A stretch of DNA of 64,000 nucleotides from assembly GCA_016180645.1 (NCBI GenBank), contig JACPAV010000009.1, forward strand, positions 1-64,000. Direction: 5' to 3'. This document shows, piece by piece, positions 57,478-64,000 of the stretch (position 1 is its first letter; each line of letters opens with the position of its first letter). Source of the stretch: Nitrospirota bacterium. GTDB lineage: Bacteria > JACPQY01. The notes below the pieces were generated by a model. It made no database searches. It was given only the letters and a program-made list of their open reading frames with translations, and was not told where the DNA came from. Both the position numbers and the translations under genes were made by a program.

Positions 57478-60164
57478 GCCCCTCCGCCGAGCGAAATAAG
57501 GACGTGGTGCGTCGGCTGGATGTATTTCCGGATAATGCGCTCGACCTCTTTCATCGTCACCTTGTTGATCTCAGTCTCATAATTCCGGAAGCGGTCGTAG
57601 CCCAGTCCCAAGGCCTCATCGATGGCTGTGGTGAAGCTTTTGTCCATGTTCTTCTGAAGATGGATCTGATACGAGCCGACGAGATACCGCCTGGCTGCGT
57701 TGAGTTCTTCGGCCGTGATCCCCTTGTCCAAGAGCACCTGCATTTCACGCAGCATGCCCTGTTTGGCCTGCGCGCTTTTCGCGGGATCGCACGCGAGATA
57801 GAGCGCCACATACCCCGTGTCAATCCCGTAGAAAACCTGAAAATACACCGTGTAGGCCAATGCTTCTTTGTCCCGCAGGTTGATGAACAGCCGGCCGCTT
57901 TGGTTCGACAAGCCGGCATCCAGGACGTCCAATACGGCCCGGTCGGGCGAATTCACGGCCGGCCCCGGATACCCCACAATCAAGTGAGTCTGATTGCTCT
58001 CCAAGGAGTAGGTCTTGTCGGTCACCGCAGCCGGCGTGGGGGGAGCGGCGGCAGGCAACGTAACTTCCTTGGGGGCCGCACCCTGCGCAGCCGTCCCTGG
58101 CGCTCCGGGTACGGCCAGCCGTCCTGGCGCCGAGGTTTTCCATGCCTCCAGCCGGGGTTTGACCGTCTTGAGAAAATGATCGGAATCAAAATCACCCACC
58201 ACCGACAGAACCAGGTTTGGGGGCGTCGCCCAGCGGTCATAGTAGGACAGGAGATCCGATCGCGTAAGCTTCTTCACGGACTCCGGCCGGCCCATCGAGT
58301 CCAGGCGGTAGGGATGATCCGGAAAAAGATTTTCCCGAAATCTTTGAAAGGTCAGGCGGGCAAGATCCCGCTGGTTCGATTGGAGCATGGAGATCTGGCG
58401 ATCCACGGCCTTCTTCACTTCTTCATCTGGGAAATCGGCCTCAAACAGCGTTTCCCAGTAAAGGTCCGCGGTTTCCCTGAACCCCGTCGAGAGGGCCTGC
58501 GCCTTCAGGCCGAAACTGTTCATTCCCGAGAATCCTTCGATGGAGGAGCCGATCTCCTCCAGCCGTTGAGCCATCGCATCCCCGTCCCTTTTTCCGGTTC
58601 CGCGCGTCCATGTTTCCGACAGGAGAGAACTCACGCCGTTCGTCGACGACGATTCCGCCCGCACTCCGCCGCGGAAGATACCCGTCATCGCCACGGTCGG
58701 CGCGGAGGTGGTTTCCCAGAGGATGAGACGGATCCCGTTCTTGAGGGTCAGCTTGCGCAGGGCCGTGGCCTCCAGCCCGGAGAGCTGGACGACGTGCCGG
58801 AGCATTTCTTCCACCGCTTCGCGGCTCTTTCCCGCCGATTCGGGATAGACGACAGCCACCGTGGCCCGGGGTATTTGAAGATACTTTCGCGCCGCTTCCT
58901 TCACGCGCTGTTCCGAGATCCCTTTCAAGGAATCGAGGTACCGGTCCTCGTAGCGAGGATCGTTGTACAGGGCGGCGGCGGTCGCCATGGCCCGCGCCTT
59001 CCCCTGCATGGTTTCCCTCCTTTCGATGATCGATCTTTCGAGCGTGAACTTTCCACGCGCCACGTCCTTGGGGTCGACGGATTTCTTCACCTGGTTGACG
59101 ATGTCCAGGATCACCTTCGTCGCATCCCCCAGTTTGTCCGGATCCGCTTCCGCGCCGATGACGAACAGGCCGGGGTCCGCCGGTGTATCGGCGTAGGCGT
59201 AGATGCCGGGGACCAGCGCGTCGCGGTATTTGAGCCGCCGGGTCAGAAGCGCGCTCTCCCCCCCCCCGAGAACGGAGGCCAGGACATCCAACGCCTGTGC
59301 GTCCTCGTGGACCGCGTTGACGATGGGAAACGCGATGGCCACTTGGCACGTCTCGGTCTTGTCCAGAACCACCGAGACCTTCCCGGGCCGATCCGAGGCA
59401 TCCAATTCCACGAGCGCCTGGGCGGGCGCACGTTTCTTCACGCCTTTGACGAAGGTTTCTATTCGGCCCCGGATGTCCGGGATGCGGACATCGCCCACGA
59501 CGACGGCGATCATGTTGCTCGCGGAGTACCAGCGCTGGTGATAGTCGGCAACGTTGCCGCGCGTGATCGCCCGAAGCGTTAATTCCGTGCCCAGGACGGG
59601 CCTCGCGTAGGGATGCTTTTCGTAGGCGGACCGGGAAAGCACGTCGTACAACCGTCTCTCGGGAGAATCGAGCGAACGGCGAAGCTCTTCCAGAACCACC
59701 TCCCGCTCTTTCTCCAGCTCGGTGGGATCAAACTTGGGATGAAAGACTCCATCGAGAAGGACGTCCAGTCCCGTCGCCACCTCCGCGCTCGGCACGATGG
59801 CCCAATAGACGGTTTCATCGTTGCTGGTGTAGGCGTTCAGCTCCCCGCCCCGTTCCTCAATTTCGCGGGCCACCTGCCCCACCGGCCTGCGGTCCGTCCC
59901 TTTGAAAATCATATGCTCAATGAGATGGCTGATCCCTCCCCATTCCGGGGGCTCGTTCCGCGATCCCGCCTTGACGTAGATGTTGATCGCGGCGACGGCA
60001 GCGGAATGGTCCTCCTTGATCAACACGGACAGGCCGTTGGACATTTTGCCGAAGTAGAGCCCCTCTTCGGCCACCTCGCCGCGATGAAGCACGCGAACAC
60101 TGCACGTCGAAATGATTGCTCCCGAGGCCAAGACCAAAAGGGCGCGCACCATCTCTCTTTTCAT
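57474..60164 (-). CDS. M16 (pitrilysin-like) zinc peptidase
   Basis: HLIEHMIFKGT (HxxEH), NAYTS, duplicated M16 halves. Start approximate. Confidence 0.92.
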   Translation of the reverse strand: MKREMVRALLVLASGAIISTCSVRVLHRGEVAEEGLYFGKMSNGLSVLIKEDHSAAVAAINIYVKAGSRNEPPEWGGISHLIEHMIFKGTDRRPVGQVAREIEERGGELNAYTSNDETVYWAIVPSAEVATGLDVLLDGVFHPKFDPTELEKEREVVLEELRRSLDSPERRLYDVLSRSAYEKHPYARPVLGTELTLRAITRGNVADYHQRWYSASNMIAVVVGDVRIPDIRGRIETFVKGVKKRAPAQALVELDASDRPGKVSVVLDKTETCQVAIAFPIVNAVHEDAQALDVLASVLGGGESALLTRRLKYRDALVPGIYAYADTPADPGLFVIGAEADPDKLGDATKVILDIVNQVKKSVDPKDVARGKFTLERSIIERRETMQGKARAMATAAALYNDPRYEDRYLDSLKGISEQRVKEAARKYLQIPRATVAVVYPESAGKSREAVEEMLRHVVQLSGLEATALRKLTLKNGIRLILWETTSAPTVAMTGIFRGGVRAESSSTNGVSSLLSETWTRGTGKRDGDAMAQRLEEIGSSIEGFSGMNSFGLKAQALSTGFRETADLYWETLFEADFPDEEVKKAVDRQISMLQSNQRDLARLTFQRFRENLFPDHPYRLDSMGRPESVKKLTRSDLLSYYDRWATPPNLVLSVVGDFDSDHFLKTVKPRLEAWKTSAPGRLAVPGAPGTAAQGAAPKEVTLPAAAPPTPAAVTDKTYSLESNQTHLIVGYPGPAVNSPDRAVLDVLDAGLSNQSGRLFINLRDKEALAYTVYFQVFYGIDTGYVALYLACDPAKSAQAKQGMLREMQVLLDKGITAEELNAARRYLVGSYQIHLQKNMDKSFTTAIDEALGLGYDRFRNYETEINKVTMKEVERIIRKYIQPTHHVLISLGGGA

Positions 60165-60275
60165 GGCCATGATGAAGAATTTATCTTCTCCTGACGGTTT
60201 TTTCCACTCTGCGAAGCGAATCGAGTTGACGCAAAGCGTTATTCTCGATATCATATGCATCCATTCATGGCCCGT

Positions 60276-61412
60276 ATGATCCCACCCGTACCCGGCAAAC
60301 GGAGAACCACTCGCCCCAGGGCATCTGAAGAGGAAGCCAAGGCCCAGATTTACGAGCCTGGGGCCGCTCCCTCGGGGCTGGAGGAAGAAACGGCGGAAGC
60401 GGGCCCCGGTCCAGATCGGGCAGCCCATCCAGCCGATCCGGATGAAGCACACGCACGATCCAAACCGGAGAGGGAGTGGCCCTCCATCGTGGGCCGATCA
60501 TTCCTCACCAATTTGAAAATGGGCGTCAGCGCGGTGACCGAGGCTTCCAACATCGCCAAGAACGTTCTGGATCACTCGATATCACTCACCGAGCGCCTCG
60601 CCTTCGGCAAGAGGTACATTGATGAGCGGCTGAAAGCGTATCGCGGGCAACGGCGCGTGGCTTTCCTGCTTCCCGGCTATCTCCAGGGCACGGCCGCGTT
60701 TCAGAGAATGGAACGCATCATGGAGTCGGAGCTGTTTGGGGTTTTCCCGGTGGTGCTCAGTTATCAGCCCTATTCACAGGATATGCGAAAGTCCGCCGAG
60801 AAGGCGAGAAAGACCATCGATCGGGTTCTCAAGCACGTGGAGGCGCGGCGCGTTTACCTGATCGGGCACAGCCAGGGCGGTCTCATCGCCCGCTATATCA
60901 TTCAAGTGTTGGACGGCCACACCTTCGTAAGCCATTGCATCACGCTCGCCACGCCTCATCTCGGCACGTATGCGGCGCTTCCGGGCGGGGTGGGACACGG
61001 CATCGCTACGATGCTCCTTGAACGCATGGGCCTCATCCCGCGAATCGAAGGCGAGAGCGGGCTCCAGATGGTGCCGGGAAGTCGTTTGCTGAGTGAAATG
61101 AATCACCGGCCGTTGCCTCCTTCGGTGGTGTTTACCTCCATTTACAATTACGTCGATCCGCTCGTGTGGCCACCCAGTTACGCCCGGCTTCCCTACGAGG
61201 ACGCCCACAACATTCTCCTCAAGAAAATCGGCCACTTCCATGCTCTCTACGATGTACAGGAGTTGGAAATTATTCTTCGCACGCTTCTCCTCCGCATCAA
61301 GCGCGGCCTGATTTATCGCACCCGCGTTCTCGCCGGCCAGGAGATGCTTGAAGAGCGTCACATGAAGATGGTCGGCCACCAGGTCGACGAGTTCGTCGCC
61401 GCCTCGGACTGA
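60276..61412 (+). CDS. Lipase/esterase (alpha/beta fold)
   Basis: GHSQGG, ITLATPHLGT. Confidence 0.8.
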   Translation: MIPPVPGKRRTTRPRASEEEAKAQIYEPGAAPSGLEEETAEAGPGPDRAAHPADPDEAHARSKPEREWPSIVGRSFLTNLKMGVSAVTEASNIAKNVLDHSISLTERLAFGKRYIDERLKAYRGQRRVAFLLPGYLQGTAAFQRMERIMESELFGVFPVVLSYQPYSQDMRKSAEKARKTIDRVLKHVEARRVYLIGHSQGGLIARYIIQVLDGHTFVSHCITLATPHLGTYAALPGGVGHGIATMLLERMGLIPRIEGESGLQMVPGSRLLSEMNHRPLPPSVVFTSIYNYVDPLVWPPSYARLPYEDAHNILLKKIGHFHALYDVQELEIILRTLLLRIKRGLIYRTRVLAGQEMLEERHMKMVGHQVDEFVAASD

Positions 61413-61490
61413 CGCGGAAAGCGATCAGCCGTCAGCTCTCAGGGGTCAGCTTCGGAGACGCGGGAGCGCAAGCCACGAGGGAATCACCGC

Positions 61491-62243
61491 TTATCGACCC
61501 AGAGGAGTGACGCCGGCAAGGTCGAGGGCTTTCTTGAGATCCGCGCGGGCCTCCCACTCGCTCCGGGGATTGCGCAGGAGGTAGGCCGGGTGAAACGTCG
61601 GGATGAGTTTCGTGCCTTCCCACTCGAAAACCTGTCCGCGCAGCTTGGTGATCGATCCCGTGGACTTGAGAAGCGTCTGCATGGCCGCGCTTCCGAGTGC
61701 ACAAACCACGGCGGGCCTGATGGAATGGATCTGGCGCAGTAGAAAGGGAGAGCAAGCGGTCACTTCATCCGGTTCCGGCGCACGGTTGTTCGGCGGCCGG
61801 CACTTCACAACATTGCAGATATAGACGTCTTCCCGCCGCACGCCCAAGGCCTTCAGCATGCGGGTGAGCAACTGACCGGCGCGCCCCACGAACGGAAACC
61901 CCTGCTCGTCTTCGTCCGCTCCGGGACCCTCCCCGACGAAAACGATCTTCGAACGGGGATTCCCCACGCCGAATACGATCTTCTTTCGCCCTTTGTGAAG
62001 TTTGCAGCGGGTGCATTCGCCGAGATCGGAGCGAACCTCATCGAGCGTTTCGCGGGCGCCTTCTTCCTGCATCTCCGGCGTGGAAGAATGCGGAAGAGTC
62101 ACTGATTCCGGAACCGAAGACGTGGCTGCGGATGCCGAATCCGGTCTCGGAAACAAAACGCCGGATCGGTGGAGATAGCCGAAATAGTTTTTCAAGGCTT
62201 CGACCGTCTCGCGGACCGACCCACCTTCGCCGTTGCGGCTCAC
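61491..62243 (-). CDS. Uracil-DNA glycosylase family 4
   Basis: CTRCKL, GEGPG, PFVGRAG, KCRPP, HPAYLLR. Confidence 0.93.
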   Translation of the reverse strand: MSRNGEGGSVRETVEALKNYFGYLHRSGVLFPRPDSASAATSSVPESVTLPHSSTPEMQEEGARETLDEVRSDLGECTRCKLHKGRKKIVFGVGNPRSKIVFVGEGPGADEDEQGFPFVGRAGQLLTRMLKALGVRREDVYICNVVKCRPPNNRAPEPDEVTACSPFLLRQIHSIRPAVVCALGSAAMQTLLKSTGSITKLRGQVFEWEGTKLIPTFHPAYLLRNPRSEWEARADLKKALDLAGVTPLGR

Positions 62244-62248
62244 CGGTG

Positions 62249-63124
62249 CTACTCGATGTTCTGGGCCTGTTGGCGCATTTTCTCGGTCGTTGCCTTCAAC
62301 GAGAGGACCACGGGGACCCACGCCTGTGCCTCACACTTGGCGGCCATCGTCGAGATCTCGCGGTGCATCTCTTGCAAGAGAAAATCCAGCTTGCGGCCGG
62401 CCTCTGTTTCCTTGCCAAGAATCGACTCGAACTGGGAGAGGTGGCTTTTCATGCGCGCCAACTCCTCCGTCACATCGCTCCGTTCCATCACATAGGCCAT
62501 TTCCGTCTGGAACCGCTTGGAGTCCGCCTCCTCTCCCAGGAGGTCGGCCAAGCGCGACTTCAGCCGAGCGGCCCTCAAGCCTTTTTCTTCTTCCAGGCCC
62601 GCTTCCAGCTGCGCCAGGGCGCCGCGCATCTCGCTGAGGTGATGGGTGAACTCACGGCCGAGCGTTTCTCCTTCACGTTTCCGGAGCGAAAGGAATTCAT
62701 CGAGCGCCTTTTGGAACGATTTACGAAGCGCCGGCTTCATCCCTTCGAGGCGGGCATGGTTCTCCGTGGTGGTCCGGACGGCGCCGGGCAGGGTGAGGAG
62801 ATATTCCAAGCGAACGGATCCTTCGATCTTGAGCTTCCGCCCGAGCTTGACGAACGTGTCGCGGTAGCGGCGGACGGCTGCTTCGTCCACCTCCAGATGG
62901 GGCGCGGGAGCCCCTCCGGAAACGCGAAGCGTCACATCCACACGGCCCCGCTTGCAGGCCTTTCGGATCTTGTCCTGAATCTCCTGCTCCAGATCATCCA
63001 GGCCGTCGGGCATCCGGACGTTCAGCTCGAAAAAGCGATGGTTGACTCCCTTGATGACCCACTCGGCCTCACACCCCTTTTCACGCTGGGCCGCGCGGCC
63101 GAATCCCGTCATGCTGATCAGCAT
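62249..63124 (-). CDS. yicC: YicC/YloC family endoribonuclease
   Basis: SMTGFG, VNHRF, GRKLDFLLQEMHRE, QAQNIE. Confidence 0.93.
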   Translation of the reverse strand: MLISMTGFGRAAQREKGCEAEWVIKGVNHRFFELNVRMPDGLDDLEQEIQDKIRKACKRGRVDVTLRVSGGAPAPHLEVDEAAVRRYRDTFVKLGRKLKIEGSVRLEYLLTLPGAVRTTTENHARLEGMKPALRKSFQKALDEFLSLRKREGETLGREFTHHLSEMRGALAQLEAGLEEEKGLRAARLKSRLADLLGEEADSKRFQTEMAYVMERSDVTEELARMKSHLSQFESILGKETEAGRKLDFLLQEMHREISTMAAKCEAQAWVPVVLSLKATTEKMRQQAQNIE

Positions 63125-63131
63125 CGGAACG

Positions 63132-63410
63132 TCACCCCGCACCTTTTCCGGATGGAGGACGCAGACTTTGTTCCATGCGTCGCTTCAACTGGCCGTACGC
63201 CTTCCCAAAGTACTTGAGTCTCTTCTCACGATTCTTTGCGTCCTCCGCGGAAGCATAGGCCTCATAGTACACCAATCGAACGGGCAAGTGTTCTTTTGTG
63301 GACTCAACTTTGCCTCCGCGATGCATGGCCAATCTATGCCGCAGGTCGTTTGTGTATCCAATGTACATCCAACTTTCGCTGGCGCCACAGAGTATGTAGA
63401 CGTAATGCAT
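63132..63410 (-). CDS. Small GIY-YIG nuclease
   Basis: YVYIL...YIGYTNDLRHRL...LVYYE...REKRLK. Confidence 0.9.
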   Translation of the reverse strand: MHYVYILCGASESWMYIGYTNDLRHRLAMHRGGKVESTKEHLPVRLVYYEAYASAEDAKNREKRLKYFGKAYGQLKRRMEQSLRPPSGKGAG

Positions 63411-63432
63411 CGCGATCCGGGAAAGGTGCGGG
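63136..63432. mobile_element. GIY-YIG mini-element bounded by 18-bp inverted repeats
   Basis: CCCGCACCTTTTCCGGAT (63136-63153) matches the reverse complement of 63415-63432 at 17/18. Confidence 0.6.
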
Positions 63433-63433
63433 G

Positions 63434-64000
63434 CTATAACATGTTGACCGGATCAACGTCCAGACGAACTTCGTAGCCGGCTCGACGTGGGCCTTTCGCA
63501 TCGAGAAGCCCTTCCATCACCTCATGCAGGCCTTTCGACGTGTCGGCTTTGAGCAGAATTTGCCATCGGTAGTGGCCCCGGAGTCGATACAGAGGAGCCG
63601 GAGCCGGCCCGAGAACCTCAACTCCCTTTCCGCCCGCCATCTGTTTGGTCGCTTGGAGAACGGCCAGCGCGCCTTCTCCTCCAACGACCTCATGACGCGC
63701 CCGAATTCGAATCATCGCCAATCGCTTGTAAGGGGGATAGCCCCACTGCCGGCGCAGCCGAAGTTCCGTTTCGTAGAATCGGGATTCGTCGTAGTGCTTC
63801 GCGGAGTCGATGGCATGATGGTCGGGCGACATCGTCTGGATGAAGACGCGACCCTTTTGTTCACCTCGTCCCGCCCGCCCCGCCGCCTGGAGGATTTGCT
63901 GGTAGGTGCGTTCCGCCGATCGAAAATCGGGGAGGAAGAGTCCCAAATCCGCATCCACAACGCCCACGAGCGTAATCTGCGGGTAGTGGTACCCCTTCGT
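63434..64000 (-). CDS. priA: Primosomal protein N' (3' part; truncated by the window edge)
   Basis: PDFRSAER, QAAGRAGR, YPPY, LGPAPAP, DVDP. Confidence 0.95.
   Translation of the reverse strand, partial: TKGYHYPQITLVGVVDADLGLFLPDFRSAERTYQQILQAAGRAGRGEQKGRVFIQTMSPDHHAIDSAKHYDESRFYETELRLRRQWGYPPYKRLAMIRIRARHEVVGGEGALAVLQATKQMAGGKGVEVLGPAPAPLYRLRGHYRWQILLKADTSKGLHEVMEGLLDAKGPRRAGYEVRLDVDPVNML

Noticed and set aside
57465-59582. 705-aa ORF on the + strand
   Set aside because: Antisense shadow of the M16 peptidase.

Overview
GC-rich bacterial chromosomal window from a lineage I cannot name; the 16S is divergent and the gene content resembles deltaproteobacteria. Housekeeping blocks are yacG-tamB-Omp85, flaG, queF-rsmD-coaD-aminotransferase-HIT-pgeF-ArsA, an Mla/MCE transporter, obgE-proB, and priA-yicC-UDG. 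Main unusual points: (1) A split rRNA locus: a lone 16S gene lies about 18 kb upstream of the tRNA-Ile/tRNA-Ala pair normally found in the 16S-23S spacer, and no 23S follows. (2) That gap holds a defence island: an NgoMIV-family restriction enzyme, Vsr and an HTH-fused C5 methylase, divergent from a MORC-type GHKL ATPase-histidine kinase fusion, a receiver protein and a second C5 methylase. (3) A UxxC selenocysteine glutaredoxin with a SECIS-like hairpin, missed by the ORF track. (4) A mosaic hotspot at 51.2-55.4 kb with two copies of an 88-bp inverted-repeat element, tandem duplications at its junctions, integron cassettes without an integrase, an 8-repeat GIY-YIG nuclease and a displaced copy of a gene 3' end. 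(5) A GIY-YIG gene bounded by inverted repeats, with a related non-coding element. All calls come from reading motifs by eye; no searches were run, and many start codons are my own re-assignments.
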